NCBI GenBank assembly: GCA_964270895.1 | Contig: OZ185442.1 | DNA length: 64,000 nucleotides | Strand: one strand, 5' to 3' | From: Podarcis filfolensis | Taxonomy: Eukaryota | In this document: positions 12,466 to 23,600 of the stretch, piece after piece | Numbering within the stretch: the stretch's first letter is position 1 | Layout: every line of letters begins with the position of its first letter | Position numbers and translations under genes: made by a program | Notes under the pieces: model-generated | The model's input: the letters and a program-made list of their open reading frames with translations, nothing else | Databases searched by the model: none | What the model was told of the DNA's origin: nothing

Positions 12466-12803
12466 GTGGCACTGTGGGTTAAACCACAGAGCCTAGGGCT
12501 TGCCGATCAGAAGGTCTGAGGTTCGAATCCCAAGTGACAGGGTGAGCTCCCGTTGCTCGGTCCCTGCTCCTGCCAACCTAGCAGTTTGAAAGTATGTCAA
12601 AGTGCAAGTAGATAAATAGGTATCGCTCCAGCGGGAAGGTAAACGGCATTTCCGTGCGCTGCTCTGATTTGCCAGAAGCGGCTTAGTCATGCTGGCCACC
12701 GGAAGCTGTATGCCAGCTCCCTTGGGCAATAAAGCGAGATGAGCGCCACAACCCCAGAATCGGTCACGACTGGACCTAATGGTCAGGGGTCCCTTTTCCT
12801 TTT
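12466..12803 (+). mobile_element. Sauria SINE (lacertid type)
   Basis: ctgtgggttaaaccacagagcctagg head through ggtcaggggtcccttt tail; five copies in the window. Confidence 0.92.
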
Positions 12804-12805
12804 TA

Positions 12806-13051
12806 CAGTCATACCTCATGTTACATTTGCTTCAGGTTAAGCGTTTTCAGGTTGCGTCCCAGGGCGACCCGGAAGTACCGGAAAGGGTTACTTCCGAGTT
12901 TCACCGCTCGCGCATGCGCAGACGCACAAAATGACGTCACATGCATGCGCAGAAGCGGTGAATCACGACCCGCGCACGTGCAGGTTGCATTCTGCTCATG
13001 TTGTGAACGGGCCTCCGGAACAGATCCCATTCGCAACCAGAGGTACCACTG
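12806..13051. mobile_element. Tc1/mariner-type MITE, CpG-rich
   Basis: Imperfect TIRs cagtcatacctcatgtt / aaccagaggtaccactg flanked by TA on both sides. Confidence 0.8.
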
Positions 13052-13959
13052 TATATAGAGTGGTCAATGTTAGTGTCGGGTGTGGGTTGGTTGGATGGTA
13101 GAAAGATGGTTGTGTTTGGTGTGTGTAAAAAGCTGTCGGTCGTGGTTGGAGAAGAAGACTTTTTAAGAATAAAAGCAGCAATACTCTACAAGAATACTCT
13201 TTCTCAAAGACTCTTGTGCCAACTAAGGTCTGAGGAGCAAAGGAGTAAAAAGGAGGTCAGAACCTTTGTTTTTTACAAACACCGACAGATATTATCATTA
13301 TTATTATTAACACCACCAACAACAATCTGGTGCCCCCCCAGATGTTTTGGACTACCACATCAGCCCCAGCCAGTATGAAGGGAGTTGTAGTTTAAAGCAT
13401 CTGGAGGGTACCAGGTTAACAAATGTTGTAAAGCCATTTCAGTCTATCCTCTATGCATTTGTCCCTGACCCTTCTGCACCCTTCTTCCATTTTTCTGCAG
13501 CTAAAATCATAACCTAACCTACTTAGGAGTAACCACCACTGACTTCACTTTTACTTAATTCTGAGCAGACAGAATTAAGCAGATTAAACCTAAGCTTAAC
13601 CCATTTTTCATAGAAATTGAAATGCCAGACAATTTTTGTGTATGTGGACTTGCATCATGATCGGATGCATATTTATTCAGAAGTAAGCCTCACTAACGGA
13701 GTTTTGCTTCCATGTAACTGAGGGTACAATTTGCACCCTTGGATGAAACAATAAAGAGAGAGGTCTCTGCTGTTCCAGAAATGATCTGTCAACTTTAAAT
13801 TCCTAATAAATCCAAATAACATTATTAAAGTATGATATTGTTGATTCCCAACCCTCCAACCCCTTCTGACCTTTGAGCTTTTGCTTCTGAGTAATACTAT
13901 AAATGTTTTACAAAAAAACCAACCAACCATTGTCTTTAAAAAGCAAGTAAATCAAATCC

Positions 13960-15420
13960 ATGTCGCCAAACCCGTTTTGCCATATTTCACTTACCTGTTC
14001 GTTTATGCAACCTGCGATGTTTCTGCGCTGCTATCTTAATGACCTGACTTTAGTTCAGTTGGAAGGAAACCTTCCCGTTCTCAGTTCCACCCGACCCTGC
14101 GGCTATGAGGAAAATCTGGGGAGCGGATTTTCAAAATCGCTTGGCAAGTAGGCTAGTCACAAACCTGTCAAGTCGCAATCCAGTTTCCACGTTTTTGTAT
14201 TGCCAGCTTTAGAAGATCAAAAGCCCTTCGTCCGCCCGCACAAGGGAAGGGTCCTGAACGCGCTGTAAAAACGAGCAGCGCAGAAAATGCTGTGTTACTG
14301 CTGTTCCTTGCATGGACACCTCGCTTGTACATAAAATTAGTAAAAGCCACTATCTGTCCCAAAATAAATTTTATCCAGATGAATCTAAGTTTATTATATT
14401 AATGTCAACATACATCTCCTGAAAGGACTCAGAGGCATCACGAAAAGACCACAGAAAGTTAAAGTTTAGCGTCATAACTACACTTCTGAGTTCCAGGCGA
14501 ATGGCTGAGCGGCTTCCATATGCGTGACAATATGATTCCTCCAGCAGCTAAAACTGCAAACAAACCCAGTCGAAATGTTACAAAGAGGGGCTGTGTTCTT
14601 CCGCCCGCCCCCCCTCACAGCACATGCAATTTCAATCTCCTTTTTAAAGCTGTAAGCGACGGGCTACATTCAAATTAATTTGTATAGTATTAAAACCTCA
14701 GCCTAAAAGCGTCAGAGGTTGGATTCGATGGCCTCTGTCGCCCCCTCCAACTTTTATGATTCGTTCTAGCAGTGACTTTGGGTTTGGGGGTCTAGAATCT
14801 TGTGGTCTTTCTTAAATCCCAAATCTCTTATAAAAAGAATCATTAAAAAATCTGAAGGAACCTCAGAGGTCATCCGATCTAACCCCTTGCCTATATTAAT
14901 GTCTGCTTCTTCCTTCGTGACGCTAGGGGCCTTTTCCCGTGATCTGAACTCGGAAAGCTTCACTATAGAGACAACGGGATGCTGCTCTAATTCTTTTTTA
15001 AAATCTCTATAGGACCATTCGGTGGGAGGCGGGGCGGGGCGGGGCTGGAAGCGAGGCCCAAGCGCGTCACCCAACTCTTCTCTCGCGCGTGCGCAGAGCT
15101 GTGCCTTGGTCGGCCCGTCGCCATGGCAACGGGGGGAAGCCGTTGGAAAGGAGCCGTTGAAGGGAGAAGCCGGTGTGGTTGGGTGAAGAAGGGGCTCGGG
15201 CAGCCAGGCTTCCCCCGGTAGCATCTCCTTAGTGAGAGGAAGGATGGCGAAGACACCTTGAGTGGGCAGCGAAGAAGAGAAAGAGAGAAGGGTATTAAAT
15301 GGGGACAGCAAGCTGGGGGGGGGCGTGCGTTTCAAAGAGGTGCTTGGGCTGAGCAGACCTGTCTGGGACCCCATGCTCAGTTACGTGACGTCCGGCTGCA
15401 GCTACTGCTCCCGAGCAGGG
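13960..15420. promoter_or_regulatory. CpG-rich head-to-head promoter region of HSDL1 and DNAAF1
   Basis: CpG enrichment peaking near 15020..15260; GC boxes ggggcgggg at about 15024..15045. Confidence 0.75.
15117..15130 (+). promoter_or_regulatory. RFX X-box GTCGCCATGGCAAC
   Basis: Fits the consensus GTNRCC-N(0-3)-RGYAAC; upstream of the motile-cilia gene DNAAF1. Confidence 0.8.
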
Positions 15421-15496
15421 ATTGTGCTCAGCTTATGCCCAGAGAGGCATCCTGTGTTGCTTACTTTAAGTGGGCTGCTGCATGGCGCAAATCACG

Positions 15497-15634
15497 CAGT
15501 GGTTCTCAGCCTGTGGGTCCCCAAATGTTGTTGGACTACAACTCCCATCATCCCTGAGCTCTGGCCTTGCTAGCTAGGGGTGACGGGAGTTGTAGTTCAA
15601 CAACATCTGGGGACTCGCAGGTTGAGAAAGGCTG
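15497..15634. mobile_element. hAT-type palindromic MITE
   Basis: cagtggttctcagcc...ggactacaactccc / gggagttgtagttc...ggttgagaaaggctg hairpin; no TSD found. Confidence 0.75.
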
Positions 15635-15879
15635 CTGGGGGTGAAATTTAATTTTTGCAAATTTATTCAATGAGTGGTTTTGGGTGCAAGGAATTCAATT
15701 CTGCTATTGTTTTTGTTATTGGACAACATTTAGCTTGGTAAGTTCACATTTGATGAGGAAGCACGTAAACTGCTTCTGGAAAACCAAATAATTTTAATTT
15801 TGCCTTCTGAAAGTATCGGCTAATGCTTAAATTAATAATAACAAATAATATAGCTGCAAGTTCTTGGCAATCATTTTTA

Positions 15880-16190
15880 GGTGACGCTGTGGTCTGAACC
15901 ACAGAGGCTAGGGCTTGCTGATCCCCGCGACAGGGTGAGCTCCTGCCAACCTAGCAGTTCGAAAGAACGTCAAAGTGCAAGTAGATAAATAGGTACTGCT
16001 CTGGCGGGAAGGTAAACAGCGTTTCCGTGCACTGCTCTGTTTTGCCGGAAATGTGGAGTCATGCTGGCCACATGACCCGGAAAGCTGTTTGCGGACAAAC
16101 GCCGGCTCCCTCGGCCAGTAAAGCGAGATGAGTGCCGCAACCCCAAAGTCATCCATGACGGTCTTAATTGTCAGGGGTCCCTTTACCTTT
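15880..16190 (+). mobile_element. Sauria SINE with internal deletions
   Basis: Body and ccctttaccttta tail match the 12466 copy. Confidence 0.9.
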
Positions 16191-16793
16191 ATGCAATTTT
16201 ACTTTTTTACTTACCCCAACAAAACTAAATTATATTAATTTAACCAAAATATATTTTAAATTCCCAAGTCACGTTGCAACTTTTTAGCACCCCTCATTTT
16301 GGGAATTTGAAAGGTGAAAAATTCAACACATGTTGTAGGGGAGCAAGCAGATATATCAACAGTGTTGTGGGCACCTTGAAAAGCAACGAACAACACTACA
16401 TCTCAGAAGTCAGGCGTATAAGTGAGTGTGGGACTGCGGCATAAGGGGCAGACACATACCTAGGAGTAAGCCGCATTGAATGTGATGCCATCTACCATGT
16501 GATGCTGCCCTGTAATGTATTTCTACAGTAGGCTACAAGAGAGGGGAGAGATGGGAACACAGCTCTGCTGGAAGACCAGCAACATTTGGCTCCTCATTCC
16601 AGCTGGCCACTACAAGAATTATGTAACTGAGAAATGGGACTTAGGTTTTACCTGTATTTCTTCCTCCATCCTCCTAGTCCTTTTCCCACCTGTTAAATTA
16701 TGAGCCCAAGTACTTACCATCAATATTTGTAGGCTGTCCTGGGAGCTGCTCTTTGGCAAAAGAGCCAGATAAAAATGCTGTAAATAATAAAAT

Positions 16794-17149
16794 AAGGTAA
16801 AGGTAAAGGGACCCCTGACCATTAGGTCCAGTCGTGACCGACTCTGGGGTTGCGGCGCTCATCTCGCTTTATTGGCCGAGGGAGCTGGCGTACAGCTTCC
16901 GGGTCATGTGGCCAGCATGACTAAGCTGCTTCTGGCAAATCAGAGCAGCGCACAGAAACGCCGTTTACCTTCCCACTGGAGCGGTACCTAGTTATCTACT
17001 TGCACTTTGACGTGCATTCAAACTGCTAGGTTGGCAGGAGCTGGGACCGAGCAACGGGAGCTCACACCGTCGCAGGGATTCAAACCGCCGACCTTCTCAT
17101 CGGCAAGTCCTAGGCTCTGTGGTTTAACCCACAGCGCCACCCACGTCCC
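16794..17149 (-). mobile_element. Sauria SINE, full length
   Basis: Reverse-complement from gggacgtgggtggcgctgtggg to ccctttacctttacc. Confidence 0.93.
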
Positions 17150-17556
17150 TAAATAATAAAATAGTGGACTGTAATTTCTTATTAAACCAATGTACTATTA
17201 GTGGGGCAGAAGAGTTCATGGACCAGCATCTTGCCACCTGTCTGTTTATTTCAGGTATGAAGGGCTTCTGGCCTGTGGGCCTATTATACCCAGCTGGGGT
17301 TCTAATTTGGTCTGCTGTGCTATTTTTCCTTTGCCAAATGCAGGCACATTTATTCATTTACAAGATTTGTATATGGCTTTTCTCACACAATGGTTCTCAA
17401 AGGGGTTCATGGTCATCATACAAAATAATGAAACATTTAATTTAAAACTATGATTTGCACATACAGTTATGCTTGAATGATCTGAATAAATACAAGGTAG
17501 AGAGTTGTGGGGCATGCTGTAACTTTCCTGTTGTCTCTCAGTAGGAACACTTCAAA

Positions 17557-17683
17557 ATGCATCCACTCAATGAAGAACCTGGGTCAGGAGAGGCTGTTGC
17601 AGGGGAAGAGAATGGTCAAGGGATGAAAGACTGCAGGCAGGTGGACACCTATTCCAACAATGAGGACAACTTAACAAAACCAG
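17557..17683 (+). CDS. DNAAF1: DNAAF1 coding exon 1
   Basis: [16 protein letters not shown]...NLTKP, donor CAG|GTAGT, phase 1. Confidence 0.85.
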
Positions 17684-20600
17684 GTAGTTCTTGCAATCGG
17701 AGGCTGTGTGTGTGTGTGTAAGTTTTGAACATGAAGTAATTTTGACAACACATTGGCTAAAATGAATGACAAGGCACAACTTTCTGCCATTTTGTTAATA
17801 TATTTTTTAATTTGGCAAGATTTATATAACGCTTAAAAAACCCTGAAGTGGTTTGCATACAATAATATTAAATACCAATGTTAAGATTTAAATTAATCTA
17901 TTATTTATTATTTTTAATTAAGAATAGTAAGGGGGACTGAGTACTTCCCTGCTTTACTACACAAGCATAGGAGTTTTTGTATAGAACTGAACAAAATGTG
18001 GCCAACTTTGGGAATGTTCACCATTCTTATCGCAATGATGCCCTGTCATTTTCCTGACCTTTTCTTTTCTTGCACTTGTAAAAGCTCCAGCAAGAGAGAG
18101 AGAGCCACATATAAAACTAAATTAATGCAGACATACACTGCAGTGCAAATACAGTCCCTACAGATACAGATTCCTCTGTTGTGAACAGATGTGTATATTC
18201 TGGAATATTACATGCATGCAACAAAATGAAATGAGAGGCCTCCCTCTGGAGTGCCCATCTCTTTGTTTGAGTTAGCAGATTTAAACATCCACTGAGCCTG
18301 TTTCCATCTGTCTGAATTTTAGAACTACAGCCTCAACTCCCAGAAGGAGAACAAGGAACAGAAAAAGATCCTGCCAATGAGCAACTGAAGTCGGAAATTA
18401 TTAGGAATGACTGTGGTAATGGAGAACCAGGTAAATTACATGAAAAATATCAGTACTATAAGTTACAGACCTATGAAAGATATTGCCACATTAAATTTCC
18501 TGTCAGGATCACACACTCCCCCTGGGTGTTACTATGGGGGATTTCTCTGATCCTTAGTCAGCAGGAAAACACTGGGTGCATTGCTTGCCCTCATGCTCGA
18601 AAGCTAGATTAACTGGCTGGTATATGGTGTGATGGACTGGGTGAATGATGGGACCATGTAACTTTTGTTCTCAAGTATTTTCTAGCTGGGTTATTCTACT
18701 CCACAGTTGCATACTGCAGCCACCCTTTGCGCGCGGAGGGGGGGGGCGTGTGGGAGAGAGACTTACTCCTGTGTCTTTACCAACTGTCTTGGTGCTTTTA
18801 AGAGCATAAGAACTGCTTTGCTGGGTCAGACCAAAAATATTGATTTCAAGTCTGTGATCATGGGAGGCTTCAGTTTTCTTGGAATTTAATTCTTTTTTAT
18901 GTTCAATTTCAGGCAAAGGAGTAAGGCCAGTCAGACCATTCATTTCACATAGCAAAGGTGGGAGGAGGCCAGAGAGAGCCTGCAGCAATGTATCTTGTTT
19001 ATTTCTTGATTACATTTTTATCTCCCTTTTCTTCCAAAGAGCTCAGTATGGCATATTGGTTATACTGCAGCTATCAGTAGGTATTACTGTATGTAACAAT
19101 TAGCTCATTGAAGAAACTTTAGTTTCTGCCTTTAAGGTGAATTTCTTGGATCTATACATTTAAAATACATTCTGCAATATACTGTATTTTCACATATAAT
19201 CTCCAAGCACCACAGAAGAGAGGCAGCTCTGTGACCAACATACATCAACAGAATGAGGAAAATAGAAATGGTGACCAAAAGCCGGTGGCTGGCTCATCCT
19301 GTGAACAATCAAACAAACAAGGTGGTTTGAGGTAATTTAGTTTTTATTGGTGGTCTTTAACAAATCAGGGAATTTTTTTATAGTGCTGCCAGTCTCTTAA
19401 CCATGTCAAGGTATTATGAGTAGGCTCACGGGTTACCCTCCCCGACATGAATTCCCCAGTCACTTCCCTTAACATTAGTGTCATGCTATGTCTACAGTGG
19501 TGCTATGGTTAACCAAAGTTAGCTTTTAATTAAAGTTTGAAAACTAGGGTTTTGAAGCTGGATCAGTGTCAGTAATGAACTCGATAACAAAATTATAAAA
19601 TCCAGACTACTTGTTGGTTTTGCACTGAGCCTTTGTGTGAAAATTCTCTCAAGAGAGCATGCATTTTATGCAGCCAGCATAAAATATCACAGATTTCAGA
19701 TACGCAACAGCTGACCAAAAATAATACCCTCTTTATTGCTAAATCTCACCCCTCGGCAAACTTTAAAACAACATTCTTTAGCTATTATTCTGGCTGGATT
19801 CAGTGTTCTGTATGCAGCGCCTCTGCTTCCCCTCTGAAAGTGTAATCCAAGGATTGGGGAACTTTCTGAACCTTGGGGAGGAGGTTAGTGAAAATATCAA
19901 TATTAAGCAGCACATCTACCTTCTAAATAAGCAGGTGGAGCTTCTAGAGTATGTAATCTACTCACACTACTCGTTAATGTTTTAGAATGACCAAAAAGAT
20001 ACTGAGGGACCTCTGCAAACAGCATAAATTGTATGTGACTCCATCCTTGAACGACACCCTCTATCTCCATTACAAAGGTAAGGGCCAATCTGCTAGCTAT
20101 ATTGTAGCAAAAGAACTGAACATGAACACCTGAGAACATAGAAATATAATTTGTTGAAATATTGTAGAATTTAAATCTAGGTCAATGTATACAAATATTT
20201 TATTAAATGTTTCAGAATCAAGTGCACGTTTCAACTCCCATCTGTTCTGGCATTCTTTGTTCAACAACAGCCAGCGGATGCCTCTGGAAGCAAACCAGTA
20301 GAACATGATGGGGATAGTCTTCTCCTTTCTCCAGCATATACCAGTATCTGGTATTGATGCCCACAGTCTTAACAGGGAGGATAATTCTGTGATTTTTGTG
20401 GCAATTCTGTAAGTGAAGATCAAGACTCAAGCTAAAGTTAGTAAGCCCAGGTCCTATGCATCTTTATGGATTAAATCTCACTGAACCAAAAGAAGCTTAT
20501 TCCTTTCTTTATATGAGCCCCTCTCAGTTCAGTGAGATTTAGTTCATCATAAGGATTTATAGCATCTGTAAATGGATCTTTGACAATATATATAATTTTT

Positions 20601-23600
20601 AAAATCAGCTGTGAGAGGTTCAGATTTTAATAGGAGCAGTGGCAGTGGGGAAAGGGGTGTTTAACTCATGGTTTTCCCAATCTGAATTGCTCCTCCTCTC
20701 CCACAGCTGTTAACCCTGCAGGGGCAGGGTGTGGGGGATACTGGTTCAGTGTTGCTTTCAATGTAACTAACTTTCAGTGGAGTGTATTAGCTCGATTGGG
20801 CCCCTGGATCTCCTTACCTGCAGCAAAAATGAAAGCAGGCTCTGCTTCTTTTTTAAGGTCTTCTTCAAATAACAGTTGGCTAGTTGGTTAAGCCAGTATT
20901 TGTGTACCTATGTTTAAGTAATTTTATGTGTGCAATGCAGATATCACCCAACAGAGGGACTTATTTGTTCATGCATTTTGCCAGCTATGACATTCATGAG
21001 TACTTTCTGTTGTGTTTGTAGTTCTGAAATATGGTCCATGTTGCCATTGTGTTTACTGCATTTTTCTTCCTGCAGGATTTGATCGTCTGGAGAACCTGGA
21101 AGAATATACAGGATTGAAGTGCTTATGGCTGGAATGCAATGGCTTGACTAAGATTGAGAACCTGGATGCACAGACAGATTTGCGTTGCCTTTATCTGCAG
21201 CTGAATTTAATAAATAAAATTGAGAATCTTGAACCTTTGGAAAAGCTGGACTCTCTCAACCTCAGCAACAATTATGTCAAGACAATTGAAAACCTCTGTA
21301 AGAATTCTAACTTCACTGAAATAAGATCCATAACCTGAACACAGTGTTATTTAGTGGTGTTACTGTCATACATGTAGGGGCACCAGTGTGTTAAAACTCA
21401 GTGCAAAGCATTTCCACAGCAATTTCTGGTGGCTTCTGTGGAGGCAAATTTTGTTGTTGGCATCTGTCTGTCTTGAGAGACAATGGTGTCCGCCAATGGG
21501 GGTGAAGTCAAATCACTGTTAGCAGCACTGAAGTGACCTCCCTGGGTTGTAAGCCTGGATGGTGTCTATGGAGGTCCAGGGCTGTGCAGACAACAAGACT
21601 CTCTCCTCCCCCATCAGCCTCTCCCCCCCCCATTAGCCTCATTGATGTGCTTCAAAGGAAAGCAGAGCAATATGCACTGAGTCAAAAGGAGCAAGGAAGA
21701 ACATTTTCAGCACTGAAAGTCTTCAGTGCAAACTTTTTCTTTAAATTCCTAACAGTGGAGCGAGCCAGATTCGGAACCAGTCGGGTGTGGGGCATGATAG
21801 TGAATGCTGAAGCATTTTAACCCTTAGCTCCACACAGGGTCCTTATCTCAAACAAGCCCCTGTGCCTGTAATTTGTGAAGGGAATGACACAAGGATGGTA
21901 ACACAAGGGCACAAAATAAAACTTGCACATACTTCGGGCCTGAAAATGAACTAATGTCTATAGTCATATGCCCAAGAGAAGCAATGCTGCAGCCTCATCA
22001 TGAAGTGTATTTATTGATCAACTGCAGAGTAAGATTACTTCCCCCCTACATCTAATCTAAATTCCCCTTCTTGAAATAGACCCCTTGCCCCTTAAACTGT
22101 TGTCATCAGACGTACCTCTATACTTACATTTAACTAACAAGCATTCCTAATTACAGTTCTGTGGCCAGTTAACCTGGACCCCTATACTCTGGGACTGAAC
22201 TGGGCTTTGCGGTTCCAGTTTGGTATGACTGAGGACTTTCCAATGTTTCAGAGGACAATATGTGGGTGGGTGCATTTTAATCTTGTACAGTATACCCACA
22301 AGCAGAACTTTCTGAGAATCTTGCCCCTATGTCTAAAATGGCAACCTTGGTTGGGCTGTAATTGGTCCGGGTAGCGTAATCTTGTTGCCTTTGTTACGAT
22401 TCCTTGATTTATTTGGCAGTCCCATTCATTTTACTTATTCTAACAGTATCCTTACTTTTCAACAGCTTGTTTGAAAGTTCTGCACACTCTACAGATTGCT
22501 CACAATCAGCTGCAAACAGTTGAAGACATACAGCACTTACAGCAATGCCCAAGTATCAGTGTCCTTGACCTGTCTCACAATAGGCTAGATGATCCAAACA
22601 TTTTAGATGTCCTGGAGACCATGCCTGATTTGGTAAGCAAAGAATGACTCTTAAGATTTCTTTAACTGATCCACCATTTCTTAGGCACAGAATGATTCTG
22701 ATCTTACTGTGCTGTGGAAGGATATATGCTGTATCCAGTGCTTCAGGGACATTAACATGCCTTAATAAAATTTAGAGTCGGGTGGTAGGAGAGGGGTTAC
22801 TGTAATAAATTTGCATAATCAGGAAACAAAATCCTTGATGGGTTATGTCAATATGAGTATGCTTGATTCAGACCAGCCTTATGCAAGAAGAACAGGGGCC
22901 ACAAGGAACAGGTAGCAGGTTTAGCTCCTACCCCAGTAATGTTTCTGAGTTCACCTTTTTCCTTTCTTCTGCAGGAGTGAATGAGAAGAAGGTGCAGTTA
23001 CTTCAGTTATGCTTGCAGTGTTGCTATGGGGGTTAAGTGAACAAAAGTTTACTCAAAGCTGATCCTATGAAAATGATTTAAATAGATTTATATTCAACTA
23101 TTTTTAGTTCCAGGATGGCTTCAGATATTGTACAAAAATAATTTCTACTGTTGTATTTTAAATTGAAGCTGTTTTGCTTTTTTTTTTTATTGCAGCGTGT
23201 ATTGAACTTAATGGGAAATGAGGTAATAAAGAAAATTCCTTATTACAGGAGGACACTTACCATCAGATTGAAACATCTGACATATTTGGATGACAGGCCA
23301 GTGTTTCCAAAGGACAGGTAAAGTGGGAAAGGAGAGAGTGAAGAGATGACTAGTCCGAAATATTATTAGTAGCCTAATCAATTTTGACTATGTTGTCTGA
23401 AAAACGGATATATTAACAACTAACTTCATGGGGCTGTTATAATACACACACACACCAGTATGGCCTGTAAGATTCTGATCCTGATCCTAAACAAATTGCT
23501 TCAGTTCACAAATGTGACAACCCCCAAAGCAATCACTTCAGGAGAGCAAGCTTGTGACTGGGGCAACAGAGGTAGCACAATTTAAAGACAGTCTCATTCA

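Noticed and set aside
12466-12540. tRNA-like A/B boxes here and in other SINE heads
   Set aside because: They are SINE 5' regions with no complete cloverleaf, so no tRNA genes are called
14766-15573. ORFs of 99 to 202 aa over the HSDL1/DNAAF1 promoter
   Set aside because: CpG-island and MITE artefacts with no protein similarity
19633-19845. ORF with CSQHKI resembling DNAAF1 CKQHKL
   Set aside because: Chance likeness; the true exon is 19986..20077
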